Source: an uncultured Clostridia bacterium
GTDB lineage: Bacteria > Bacillota > Clostridia > Oscillospirales > CAG-272
Length of the DNA: 64,000 nt
Reading direction: 5' to 3'
Assembly (NCBI GenBank): GCA_947588825.1
Contig: CANPZU010000003.1
Span: forward strand, 7,807-71,806
Within the stretch, counting starts at the first letter, position 1. Each line of letters begins with the position of its first letter. Below, piece by piece: positions 47,375 through 56,162 of this stretch. The notes below the pieces were generated by a model. That model was not told where the DNA came from, did no database searches, and saw only the letters and a list, made by a program, of their open reading frames with translations. The position numbers and the translations under genes were made by a program.

Positions 47375-48141
47375 TTCCAAAGCTCCTCCAGCGAGCCGAA
47401 GCGATATCCGTCATTTTCAAGCTTTGTGAGCAGGCGGTCGAATATCGCCGCGTTCGTAGAAGACGTGGGATGAAGCAGCATTACTTCTCCGTTGTGAATA
47501 TGAGCGAGTATTTTTTCAAGCGCCTTTTCCTCCGACATTTGCCTGTTATTGTCCCAATCAGCGTATGCAAAGCTCCAAAACACGGTTTTATACCCGAGTT
47601 CCTTTGCAAAGCTGAGATTTTGCTCGCTAAAACGTCCCTCAGGAGGTCTGTATACCTTTGCCATTTCCTTCCCGGTCAGCTCTTTGTACATAAGTGCAAG
47701 ACTGTCAAGCTGGGAAGCAAACATTTTTTTGTCGGTAATCTCGGTCATATCCGGGTGGCTTCTCGTGTGATTGCACACCATGTGTCCCTCATCGACCATA
47801 CGCTTTACAAGATCGCCGTTTCTCTTTATCAAATTGCCGAGCACAAAGAAAGCGCCCTTTACGTTATGCGCCTTCATCGTGTCGAGTATTTTTTCAACAT
47901 TTCCGTTTTCATAACCCGCGTCAAAGGTCAAATATATTACCTTGTCGTTTCCCGCGTTGCAGTTGGCGTAATATCCGTCGTATTTTGTTATGATTTTCAG
48001 ATCGCTTCCGAGCTCGGGCAGCTTATGTTCGCCGTTGTTTTTGCAGTACCAGTTTTGAGCCGTAGTACCCGCGGCAAACGTTTCAACGCCCGATGAAAGC
48101 AGAAAACAAATTAGAAAAAGAGCGATAAACGTTTTTTTCAT
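47371..48141 (-). CDS. pdaA: Delta-lactam-biosynthetic de-N-acetylase (spore cortex), PdaA-like
   Basis: After a signal peptide, it aligns by eye with B. subtilis PdaA over IYLTFDAGYENGN, VKGAFFVLGN, VKRMVDEGHMVCNHTRSHPDM, YRPPEGRFSE and GYKTVFWSFAYADW. Confidence 0.8.
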   Translation of the reverse strand: MKKTFIALFLICFLLSSGVETFAAGTTAQNWYCKNNGEHKLPELGSDLKIITKYDGYYANCNAGNDKVIYLTFDAGYENGNVEKILDTMKAHNVKGAFFVLGNLIKRNGDLVKRMVDEGHMVCNHTRSHPDMTEITDKKMFASQLDSLALMYKELTGKEMAKVYRPPEGRFSEQNLSFAKELGYKTVFWSFAYADWDNNRQMSEEKALEKILAHIHNGEVMLLHPTSSTNAAIFDRLLTKLENDGYRFGSLEELWK

Positions 48142-48265
48142 TTTTTATTTCTCCTTTTTGTTTGTATTAATAATAACAATATAAATTTTTTGTATTTCTC
48201 ATTAAAAAACCAACCTTCACATCTAAATTGTTTGCAGACAAAGGCTCGATTAGTCGGCAAAAATA

Positions 48266-48294
48266 TTGCAATCGCACTAAAAATATGATACAAT
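48266..48294 (+). promoter_or_regulatory. Candidate sigma-A promoter for the malic enzyme gene
   Basis: TTGCAA (48266-48271), a 17-nt spacer, then TGaTACAAT (-10 at 48289-48294). Confidence 0.5.
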
Positions 48295-48365
48295 AGGCAA
48301 TATAGTGTTGATTTTTAAAATGTTTTGAAAAAAATCCGGCAAACAGAAAGGATATAAGCGTTTAT

Positions 48366-49544
48366 ATGGATATCAAAGTAGAATCGCTGAAAAAGCATTA
48401 CGAGTGGAAAGGGAAAATAGCAATAACGCCAACCGTAAAAGTACGGGATAAACACGATCTGTCTCTGGCGTACACTCCCGGAGTGGCGGAGCCATGCCTT
48501 GAAATAAAAAAGGACGTGAACAAATCATATGAGCTTACCTCAAGATGGAACACCGTGGCAATAATCACCGACGGAAGCGCGGTCCTCGGTTTGGGGGACA
48601 TAGGGCCGGAGGCGGGAATGCCCGTTATGGAAGGAAAAGCGCTGCTCTTTAAACAGTTCGGCGGTGTTGACGCCATTCCCCTGTGCGTGCGCACCAAGGA
48701 CGTCGACGAATTCGTACGATGCGTATCACTTTTGCTGGGGTCGTTCGGCGGCGTAAATCTTGAGGACATTTCTGCTCCGCGCTGCTTTGAGATTGAAAGA
48801 AAGCTGAAAGCCGTATCGGATATCCCGATCTTCCATGACGACCAGCACGGCACGGCAATAATTGCCGCCGCAGCCCTGATAAACTCTCTTAAGCTGACAG
48901 GCAAAACAATCGATAAGATTAAAATTGTCATAAACGGAGCCGGAGCGGCCGGAAACGCCATAGGAAGGCTTTTTATCTCTTTCGGTGCGAAAAATCTGAT
49001 ATTTGTAGATAAAAACGGCGCCGTTTCACTAAAGGACGAAAACTCAATGTTCACAGAGGAACACAGACTCCTTGCAAAGATATCAAACCCGGAATGTCTT
49101 TGCGGAAAGCTTTCCGATGTCATAAAGGAAGCCGATGTGTTTTTGGGAGTTTCAAGACCGGGTCTGCTTGAGGCGGATATGGTGCGCTCGATGGCAAGCA
49201 AACCGATAGTGTTCGCAATGGCCAACCCCGTTCCTGAGATAATGCCCGAAGAAGCGAAGGCCGCCGGCGCTTATATCGTCGGCACGGGAAGGAGCGACTA
49301 CCCCAATCAGATAAACAATCTGCTTGCCTTTCCGGGCGTTTTTCGCGGCGCTCTCGATTGCAGAGCGTCGGATATAAACGAAGAAATGAAGATAGCGGCC
49401 GCAAAAGCCCTTGCCGGACTCATCTCCGACAGCGAGCTTTCGCCAAACTACATACTCCCGGATCCCTTCGACAAGCGAGTGAAGGACGCCGTCGCCGCCG
49501 CGGTATCTGACGCCGCAAGAAAAAGCAAGGTTGCAAGAATATAG
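48366..49544 (+). CDS. NAD(P)-dependent malic enzyme (short, about 390-aa form)
   Basis: Motifs seen are LSLAYTPGVA, VAIITDGSAVLGLGDIG, FHDDQHGTA and the Rossmann GAGAAG. The length matches the short bacterial malic enzymes. Confidence 0.9.
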   Translation: MDIKVESLKKHYEWKGKIAITPTVKVRDKHDLSLAYTPGVAEPCLEIKKDVNKSYELTSRWNTVAIITDGSAVLGLGDIGPEAGMPVMEGKALLFKQFGGVDAIPLCVRTKDVDEFVRCVSLLLGSFGGVNLEDISAPRCFEIERKLKAVSDIPIFHDDQHGTAIIAAAALINSLKLTGKTIDKIKIVINGAGAAGNAIGRLFISFGAKNLIFVDKNGAVSLKDENSMFTEEHRLLAKISNPECLCGKLSDVIKEADVFLGVSRPGLLEADMVRSMASKPIVFAMANPVPEIMPEEAKAAGAYIVGTGRSDYPNQINNLLAFPGVFRGALDCRASDINEEMKIAAAKALAGLISDSELSPNYILPDPFDKRVKDAVAAAVSDAARKSKVARI

Positions 49545-49722
49545 ATCGGTTATTAATTATTAATTGGAAACGGTCGACAACATCCGCGTTTTTCCGGCCG
49601 GCACATGAACAAAAAAGCCGGTACACGGTGATTCCCGACCGTTCCCTGTACACGGATGAAATCATGCAAAAAATCGATGAGGGATGCAGACCCTCAGAAA
49701 AAAATAAAAATAAATAAAAGTG

Positions 49723-50466
49723 ATGAAAACAAAGATACTTAACCGAGATACCATAAAGTACATTGCCGTCTTTGCCATGATATTAAATCATACGGCGCAT
49801 GTTTTCCTTGATGAAAATACCGTATTATACATGATTTTAATAGCAGTCGGGCACTTTACGGCGATCACCATGTGCTACTTTTTGGTCGAAGGATATACGT
49901 ATACCCGCTCCAAAACGAAGTACGCCCTGCGGCTGCTCGTTTTCGCGCTTTTGTCCGAAATCCCCTTCTGCATGGCATTCACTCGTCATAAAGTTATTTC
50001 TTTTGCGGGACTTGACATGCTCTTTACCCTGCTTCTGTGTTTTTTCATCTGCCTTATAAATGAAAAAATTTCCGACACCGCGGAAAAAACTCTTGCTTAT
50101 ATTCTTATTCTGATAATCGCTTGCATCCTCGTTTGCGATTGGGGATTTATGGCTCCGATTTTCACCCTGCTTTTTATTTGGAGCAAGGGCGACCTTTGCA
50201 AAACCAAAAAGGCTTTTGCTCTTTCGGTAATACTTTTCGGAATATATACTTTGATCGGCGAAAGCGGGACATTCACAGTCCAAAGCATTATTTTGGCTCT
50301 GCTTTGTATGATCTTCATGGCGCTGTCGGGAATCTGCATCACACAAGCGTATAACGGAAAAAAAGCAAAGCGGGGCGCACGCTTTTCCAAATGGTTTTTT
50401 TACTGCGTCTACCCCGCTCATCTGTTGCTTTTTGCTCTTATAAGAATATTTATACTTGAAGCCTGA
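49723..50466 (+). CDS. TraX family membrane protein
   Basis: A polytopic membrane protein whose N-terminal IKYIAVFAMILNHTAHVF is typical of TraX-family proteins. ATG at 49723. Confidence 0.7.
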   Translation: MKTKILNRDTIKYIAVFAMILNHTAHVFLDENTVLYMILIAVGHFTAITMCYFLVEGYTYTRSKTKYALRLLVFALLSEIPFCMAFTRHKVISFAGLDMLFTLLLCFFICLINEKISDTAEKTLAYILILIIACILVCDWGFMAPIFTLLFIWSKGDLCKTKKAFALSVILFGIYTLIGESGTFTVQSIILALLCMIFMALSGICITQAYNGKKAKRGARFSKWFFYCVYPAHLLLFALIRIFILEA

Positions 50467-50495
50467 TTTAGAATAAAAACCGCTTGACTGAGACT

Positions 50496-51710
50496 TTACG
50501 AACGTTTTTCGCCGTCAATAGCCTTCAACGCCTCGGGAAAAGGAGCGAGGGCGCGGCGAAGTACTCCGTGAATCTGAGCTATTGCCATACCGTAATTGGT
50601 CATCGGTATTTTCTGCTCTTTTGCGCTTTGGACGCGGGCGGCCACTTCCTTGGGGCTGAGCATACAAGCGCCGCAGTGGATGATAAGCGAATATTTTGAC
50701 AGATCCTCGGGGAAACCTTTTCCCGAGGAAAACTCGAATACCGGCTCTTTGCCGGTGTATTTTTTTATCCATCCGGGCAGCTTCACAGTGCCTATATCGT
50801 CGCACTGGCGATGATGGGTGCAGCCCTCGGATATAAGGATTCGATCGCCGTCGTTAAGGGCGTCAAGCCGCGCCGCGCCGCGTACCTGAGTGAGAAGCTC
50901 GCCTTTGTAACGCGCAAAAAGAATGGAAAAGGAAGTGAGCAAAATGTTGGCCGGAGTAAGTCTTGCAACCTTTTCAAAAGCCTGCGAGTCGGTGATAACA
51001 ATGCGCGGATCCGCCTTTGCAAGGGTACTCTCAAGCTCGCTGTCACGGCAGACAAGGGCGATACATCCGCCATCGAGCAGATCTCTTATTGTCTGCTGCT
51101 GAGGAAGTATCAGTCTGCCCTTCGGCGCCGCCTTATCAATGGGCACGACAAGCACGGCGGTATCTCCCGGCGACAAAAGATCGGAAACAATTTTTTTATC
51201 TTCATGCTTATCGTCTTTTATAAGTCGGGCAAGCCTTTCCTTAAGCTCGTATATATTCGTTTTGTCTTTAGCGCTCACATATATGGAGTTTTCAGACGGT
51301 TCGACCGCATCGGCGAGCAGGTCCGATTTGTTATACGCTATGAGATACGGCAATTTTCTTTCCTCAAACTCTTTGATAAGCTCCAGTTCGACATTAGAAA
51401 GAGTCTTCGTCGCGTCGGATACAAGCAGCGCGATGTCGGCATATGAGAGCGCCTGCATAGCTTTTTTTACCCGCATTTCGCCCAACGTTCCTTCATCGTC
51501 GATTCCGGGCGTGTCGACTATCACAACCGGTCCCAAAGGTAAAAGCTCCATGGCCTTTTTGACTGGATCGGTTGTGGTTCCCTTGACGGATGAAACAAGG
51601 GAAAGCTCCTGGCCCGTGACGGCGTTCACAAGACTTGATTTACCCGCGTTGCGCATACCGAAAAACACTATATGAGGCCGTTCGGCCGATATGACGTCGT
51701 TTAATCCCAT
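50496..51710 (-). CDS. hydF: [FeFe]-hydrogenase H-cluster maturation GTPase HydF
   Basis: The N-terminal GTPase has FGMRNAGKSSLVN, DTPG and NKSD. C-terminal cluster ligands are EGCTHH and HCGACM. It is adjacent to hydG and hydE. Confidence 0.92.
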   Translation of the reverse strand: MGLNDVISAERPHIVFFGMRNAGKSSLVNAVTGQELSLVSSVKGTTTDPVKKAMELLPLGPVVIVDTPGIDDEGTLGEMRVKKAMQALSYADIALLVSDATKTLSNVELELIKEFEERKLPYLIAYNKSDLLADAVEPSENSIYVSAKDKTNIYELKERLARLIKDDKHEDKKIVSDLLSPGDTAVLVVPIDKAAPKGRLILPQQQTIRDLLDGGCIALVCRDSELESTLAKADPRIVITDSQAFEKVARLTPANILLTSFSILFARYKGELLTQVRGAARLDALNDGDRILISEGCTHHRQCDDIGTVKLPGWIKKYTGKEPVFEFSSGKGFPEDLSKYSLIIHCGACMLSPKEVAARVQSAKEQKIPMTNYGMAIAQIHGVLRRALAPFPEALKAIDGEKRS

Positions 51711-51746
51711 ATTGACTCCTTTTTGTTTATATGTTCGCTCGGTGTT

Positions 51747-53195
51747 TTAAAATCTGAAATCGCGTCTGTCCGAATTCTTTATACTCTCTATATTTTCCCG
51801 CGCAATCCTCTTTACCTTCTCGTTCGGTATCTTTTCAAGTTCTTTTTCAATAAGCTCAAAACCCACCTTTTTGGTTTTTTCGGATGCGTAATCCACAAGA
51901 TATTCGGTAAGAGTCATAAGGGCGTTCGGATGACAGCAGTTTAGTATTTGACCGGATTTGCAAAGGCTCATAAAACGGTCTCCCGTTCTGCCTTCCCTGT
52001 AACATGCGGTACAGAATGACGGGATATGACCATTTTCCATTAACCAGCAAACCACCTGATCAAGCGTGCGCTGATCCGAGACGTCAAACTGTTCGGTGTC
52101 GTGCGGACGCTCCTCTTCGGCGTATCCTCCCACCGATGTGCGCGAGCCTCCGCTCACCTGAGATATACCCAGCCTCAGCAGCTTTGTACGGACCTCTTCG
52201 CTTTCTCTTGTGGAAATAATCATGCCCGTATACGGTACGGCAAGCCTTATGCAGGCGGTAATTTTTGCAAATATCTCGTCGGATATAGAATTGTCAAAGG
52301 CGGCTGGATCGATGTCGTCCGCATGTTTTATTCTCGGAACGCTGATAGTGTGCGGACCCACTCCGTGAACTGCTTCGAGGTGTTCGGCGTGCATGATAAG
52401 ACCGGCAAATTCGTACTTATACATTTCAAGTCCGAACAGAACGCCAAGTCCCACGTCGTCGATGCCGCCCTCCATGGCCCTATCCATTGCCTCGGTATGA
52501 TAAGCGTAGTTGTGCTTGGGTCCGGTGGGATGAAGTTTTTCGTAGCTTTCTTTGTGATAGGTCTCCTGAAAGAGTATATATGTTCCGATCCCCGCCTCTT
52601 TCAGTTTTCTGTAGTTTTCAACGGTTGTCGCGGCGATATTTACATTCACTCGGCGTATGGCGCCGTTTTTATGCTTAATACTGTAAATCGTTTTTATGCA
52701 CTCAAGGATGTACTCTATCGGATTGTTTACGGGGTCCTCGCCCGACTCAATGGCAAGGCGCTTATGTCCCATATCCTGAAGAGCGATGACCTCCCTGCGC
52801 ACCTCTTCCTGCGTGAGCTTGCGCCTCGGTATATGCTTGTTTTTGTAATGATAAGGGCAGTAAACACAGCCGTTTACGCAGTAATTTGAAAGGTAAAGCG
52901 GCGCGAACATCACAATTCTGTTGCCGTAAAACGCGAGCTTTATTTCTTCAGCTATTTTATATATCTGCTCAACCTTTTCGGGAATCTCACAGGCAAGAAG
53001 AACGGACGCCTCCCTGTGGGTAAGGCCCGCACAGGTTGTCCCTTTTTCATTTTTCTTAGGGCGCGCTTTTTCAAGAATCGCGTCAATGAGCTCTATGTTG
53101 TTTTTGTTTTCCTCGGCGAATTTAAGCGTTTGTTTGATTTCTTCATCGTTTATAAATTCCTCGGCTTTTGCCGATTTGGGATCGTATACAGCCAT
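51747..53195 (-). CDS. hydG: [FeFe]-hydrogenase H-cluster radical SAM maturase HydG
   Basis: The radical SAM CVNGCVYC (Cx3Cx2C) motif is present, with a ThiH-like core. The C-terminal auxiliary-cluster cysteines CTACY...LC are also present. The protein is 482 aa. Confidence 0.92.
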   Translation of the reverse strand: MAVYDPKSAKAEEFINDEEIKQTLKFAEENKNNIELIDAILEKARPKKNEKGTTCAGLTHREASVLLACEIPEKVEQIYKIAEEIKLAFYGNRIVMFAPLYLSNYCVNGCVYCPYHYKNKHIPRRKLTQEEVRREVIALQDMGHKRLAIESGEDPVNNPIEYILECIKTIYSIKHKNGAIRRVNVNIAATTVENYRKLKEAGIGTYILFQETYHKESYEKLHPTGPKHNYAYHTEAMDRAMEGGIDDVGLGVLFGLEMYKYEFAGLIMHAEHLEAVHGVGPHTISVPRIKHADDIDPAAFDNSISDEIFAKITACIRLAVPYTGMIISTRESEEVRTKLLRLGISQVSGGSRTSVGGYAEEERPHDTEQFDVSDQRTLDQVVCWLMENGHIPSFCTACYREGRTGDRFMSLCKSGQILNCCHPNALMTLTEYLVDYASEKTKKVGFELIEKELEKIPNEKVKRIARENIESIKNSDRRDFRF

Positions 53196-53243
53196 TATTT
53201 CTCCTTTTGCCGCCTCAGGCGGTTTTTTCTTTATCTTTTTTTA

Positions 53244-54296
53244 TTATTTTTTTATTATATCGCCGCGCTCCGTGACGATCTTATAGCCTATTAATTTTAT
53301 TTTGTCTTTGAGCTGCTCTATTCCGGAGGCCGCCTCCTCTCCGGTGCATATCTTATTGTCGTACAGCTCGTACTTTTTGCGCACCGAGGGCGGAGAGAGA
53401 TTTGGCATTACAACGTTTGCCCCGGAAAGTATACCCTTTTCCCTGCCCGATTTGTCTATCGTGCCGAGCGCGGTAGTAGATGGCAGCAGTACGTTAGGGT
53501 AAATCAGCCTTATCACCGACAAAAGAAAGCAGGTCAACTCAAGAGTGCCGGCACTCATTGCGGCAAAGGGTGTATCGTGATGCGGTATGAACGGCCCTAT
53601 ACCGCACATGTCCGGCTTGAAGCTCTCGATGAATTTAAGATCGCTTGCAATATGTGCCGGAGTCTGATAGGGCGAACCCACCATAAAACCACAGCCCACC
53701 TGATAACCTATCTCCCTTAAATCATAAAGGCACCTGAACCTGTTGTCATATGACATTTCATGCGGATGCAGCAGTGCGTAGTGCTCTTTATCCGCGCTCT
53801 CATGGCGCAGCAAATAACGGTCCGCTCCCGAGTCATACAAAGCCTTGTAGCTTTGACGGCTTCTCTCTCCCATTGAGAGGGTCACTGCGCAGTCAGGGTG
53901 AGCGCTTTTTATAGCACTCACGATATCGCACAAGACGGAGTCGGTATAATACATGTCCTCTCCGCCCTGAAGTACAAAGGTTCGAAAACCCAGCTTATAC
54001 CCTTCGCCGCAGCAGGAGATTATATCCTCTTTGCTCAAGCGGTAACGCCGCGCGTTTTTGTTGCTCCGCCTTATACCACAGTAATAACAGTCGTTTTTGC
54101 AAATATTGCTTATTTCAATCAGCCCGCGTATGAACACCCGATCGCCGTATATCCTTTTTCTGGCCTTTATTGCCTTTTTTGCAATATAGGAAGCAAGAGA
54201 AGGAGTAAGGCTTTTTACAAGCAGCTCATATTCATCAAGGGAAAGAGCGTGATCCCTTTCTATTTTGTCGACAAGCTTAAAAGATATTTCATTCAT
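53244..54296 (-). CDS. hydE: [FeFe]-hydrogenase H-cluster radical SAM maturase HydE
   Basis: The radical SAM CKNDCYYC motif is present, with BioB-like length and layout. It is the first maturase gene in the hydE-hydG-hydF order. Confidence 0.9.
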   Translation of the reverse strand: MNEISFKLVDKIERDHALSLDEYELLVKSLTPSLASYIAKKAIKARKRIYGDRVFIRGLIEISNICKNDCYYCGIRRSNKNARRYRLSKEDIISCCGEGYKLGFRTFVLQGGEDMYYTDSVLCDIVSAIKSAHPDCAVTLSMGERSRQSYKALYDSGADRYLLRHESADKEHYALLHPHEMSYDNRFRCLYDLREIGYQVGCGFMVGSPYQTPAHIASDLKFIESFKPDMCGIGPFIPHHDTPFAAMSAGTLELTCFLLSVIRLIYPNVLLPSTTALGTIDKSGREKGILSGANVVMPNLSPPSVRKKYELYDNKICTGEEAASGIEQLKDKIKLIGYKIVTERGDIIKK

Positions 54297-54546
54297 TGGT
54301 TATAATGTTTGAAAAGGCGGTTTTGACGCTTACCCCAGGAAGATTACCTATCTTGCCGGAAAGGGAGGATATTACGTCCTGCGGCGCGTCAACCGCGATA
54401 CTTATGATATTTATATCCTTTGCCCTGTACGGAATGCCCATCCTTCCTATTATTATGCTCCCGTATTCGTGGAGTATTTTGTTAAGCTGTTCCACGCAGT
54501 CGCGCGACTCCACAATTATTCCGATTATAGCAACACGAGTTTCCAT
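54289..54546 (-). CDS. TM1266-family small ACT/NikR-C-like protein (iron-only hydrogenase system regulator)
   Basis: The 85-aa protein begins METRVAIIGIIVE and contains GRMGIPY. It overlaps hydE by 8 nt. I recall RefSeq naming this family for its linkage to hydEFG. Confidence 0.7.
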   Translation of the reverse strand: METRVAIIGIIVESRDCVEQLNKILHEYGSIIIGRMGIPYRAKDINIISIAVDAPQDVISSLSGKIGNLPGVSVKTAFSNIITNE

Positions 54547-54555
54547 AATGCCTCC

Positions 54556-54610
54556 TAAATTAAAATAAAATTAATCATGCCCCGCCCTGTATGATATTAC
54601 AAGGCGAGGC
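54556..54610 (-). promoter_or_regulatory. Terminator-like hairpin (candidate attenuator) in the 5' leader of the hyd maturase operon
   Basis: The minus strand reads GCCTCGCCTTGTA-ATATCA-TACAGGGCGGGGC, a 13-bp stem with two G-U pairs. AUGAUUAAUUUUAUUUUAAUUU follows and runs into the RBS AGGAGG. Confidence 0.5.
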
Positions 54611-54716
54611 AATACGCTTATAAAAGTCAAATCGCGACGCCTTCGTGTCGGAGCGTTTGATACTGCAAATTTCAAACGTCCTCATATCAGGCAGCTATGC
54701 ATTTTTATGTGTTATT

Positions 54717-54745
54717 ATTATATATTAAAAACCCGCTTTTGTCAA
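54717..54745 (-). promoter_or_regulatory. Consensus sigma-A promoter for the TM1266-hydEGF operon
   Basis: The minus strand reads TTGACA (54745-54740), a 17-nt spacer, then TATAAT (54722-54717). Both hexamers are perfect consensus. Confidence 0.65.
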
Positions 54746-54763
54746 CAAGTTTGTCAAAAAACC

Positions 54764-55384
54764 TTATCGGACGGTTTCGGTGATAACAAGCGCGTCTTTA
54801 TTGTAATATTTAAAAGCCTTGAGGGTGTAATTTGTCACCTGAAAAAGAAGTGCGGTTTTATTGCCGTTTTCATCTGTGTGAAGAGCAAAATAAATATCAT
54901 AGGTGTTCATTGACGGGACCGCCTCTATCACCTTGCTTGCCTTGAAAGCCTCGTATCTGTCCTTATACTCGTCATTATAAGGAGCGATCAGTTCGAATTC
55001 TTTAATCTTGCCCTTGAAGATAAGATTTTCCTTTTTTCCGCCGTAAACGGTGTAAAGGCACATTTCGCTGTGATCTATGACATATTTGTATTCCACCGAC
55101 ACAAAGCCCCATGTGAAATGTATCATTATCCACATCGCAAGAGGAGCCAGCGCAAACAGAACCACTCCAAACATGCCGAGAGCGGTGAATATGTTACTTA
55201 TTGCGATGACGACCCCCACAACCGCGATAAAGACGCCTATGTAAGACAGCACCATAAGTATCCTTTTCGTCTTATACTTACCTTCCACCGTCTTATTAAC
55301 CGAATACTCCGCATAGCTTGGATTTTTAAAAGCGTCGTCCACTCTTGCGACTATATCGTCTCTTTTTTGCCTTCTGTTCGCCAT
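54764..55384 (-). CDS. Hypothetical membrane protein (two adjacent TM helices and a soluble C-terminal domain)
   Basis: The 206-aa protein has a basic N-terminus and two hydrophobic helices (ILMVLSYIGVFIAVVGVVIAI and GVVLFALAPLAMWIMIHF). I recognised no motif. Confidence 0.55.
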   Translation of the reverse strand: MANRRQKRDDIVARVDDAFKNPSYAEYSVNKTVEGKYKTKRILMVLSYIGVFIAVVGVVIAISNIFTALGMFGVVLFALAPLAMWIMIHFTWGFVSVEYKYVIDHSEMCLYTVYGGKKENLIFKGKIKEFELIAPYNDEYKDRYEAFKASKVIEAVPSMNTYDIYFALHTDENGNKTALLFQVTNYTLKAFKYYNKDALVITETVR

Positions 55385-55745
55385 TATTAAGACACTTCCT
55401 TTCCCAACTCGTGTTAATAATTATATTATCCTCTTGCTTATATGTTATCATAAAACAAAAAAATTTGCAACACATATTTTTATTTTTAAAGCCTATATCA
55501 GCAAAATAAAATCGGGCGACAATAAAACTGCCAAAGCAAGTTTTAACGCATACGCATTGTTTTTCAAAGCCGCCTGAAGCAAAGGGATCATATTTGCGTA
55601 TCGGCGACAAATATAGTTTGCGCACAATTTCTTAAAACTTCTGATTTTTTTGTTATTATTACACAAAATACATAAACAAATTATGATATTTAGAAGTTGA
55701 AATTTATAGGTATTTAACAAAAATAAAAGAATGAAGGAAAAAGCG

Positions 55746-55774
55746 TTTACAATTTCAAAAAAAAGTGCTATAAT
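55746..55774 (+). promoter_or_regulatory. Sigma-A promoter for hup
   Basis: TTTACA (55746-55751), a 17-nt spacer, then TGcTATAAT (-10 at 55769-55774), in a very AT-rich upstream region. Confidence 0.6.
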
Positions 55775-55815
55775 TCACCTGTCAAAAAAAATAATATATT
55801 AAGGAGAAACCTGAA

Positions 55816-56088
55816 ATGACAAAAAACGATCTCATTACCGTTGTTTCCGAAAAAGCCGGAATTAAAAATAAGGACGCAAAAGCTATGGTGGATACCGTAA
55901 TCGAAACGATATATTCGACGCTTGCAGAAGGTGAAAACGTATCTATTTCCGGATTCGGTACTTTTGAAATAAGGACAAGAGCGGCAAGAAAGGGTATAAG
56001 CCCCGCTACAAAGCAGCCCATCGATATTCCCGCAAGCAAAACAGTGGCTTTCAAAGCTACAAAATCTCTCCGTGAGAAGCTCAACTGA
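55816..56088 (+). CDS. hup: DNA-binding protein HU
   Basis: The 90-aa protein has MTKNDLI, GFGTFEIRTRAARKGISPATKQPIDIPASKTVAFKATKSL (the HU arm) and a strong RBS, AAGGAG. Confidence 0.95.
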   Translation: MTKNDLITVVSEKAGIKNKDAKAMVDTVIETIYSTLAEGENVSISGFGTFEIRTRAARKGISPATKQPIDIPASKTVAFKATKSLREKLN

Positions 56089-56110
56089 TCCGATATAACT
56101 TAAATCTCAA

Positions 56111-56141
56111 GCAAGGCGGCGTCATCCGCCTTGCGCTTTTT
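56111..56141 (+). terminator. Intrinsic terminator after hup
   Basis: The stem GCAAGGCGG / CCGCCTTGC (9 bp, 6-nt loop) is followed by GCTTTTT. Confidence 0.8.
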
Positions 56142-56162
56142 AAGCCTTAATATTATGAAATT

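Noticed and set aside
48398-49225. A 275-aa minus-strand ORF antisense to the malic enzyme gene.
   Set aside because: The plus-strand frame has the canonical malic enzyme and Rossmann motifs. The antisense product is Ser/Pro/Ala-rich with no start context.
49640-49730. A 28-codon ORF (MKSCKKSMRDADPQKKIKINKSDENKDT) upstream of and overlapping the traX start.
   Set aside because: It has no convincing RBS and a lysine-rich product from an A-rich tract. It overlaps the traX start out of frame. It is not supported without ribosome profiling.
52101-52889. A 262-aa plus-strand ORF antisense to hydG.
   Set aside because: hydG on the minus strand has the Cx3Cx2C radical SAM motif. The antisense frame has no recognisable features.
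53209-53235. A CCGCC-TCA-GGCGG hairpin followed by a T-run on the plus strand, between hydE and hydG.
   Set aside because: The stem is only 5 bp with a 3-nt loop. The T-run is on the non-transcribed strand, and on the operon strand the hairpin is followed by the hydG RBS. It is probably incidental.
55493-55720. A 75-aa minus-strand ORF, and an overlapping 99-aa ORF at 55326-55625, in the AT-rich region upstream of hup.
   Set aside because: It has no Shine-Dalgarno sequence. The composition is dominated by AT-rich codons (Asn/Ile/Lys/Leu), and the 99-aa ORF overlaps the 5' end of a better-supported gene.
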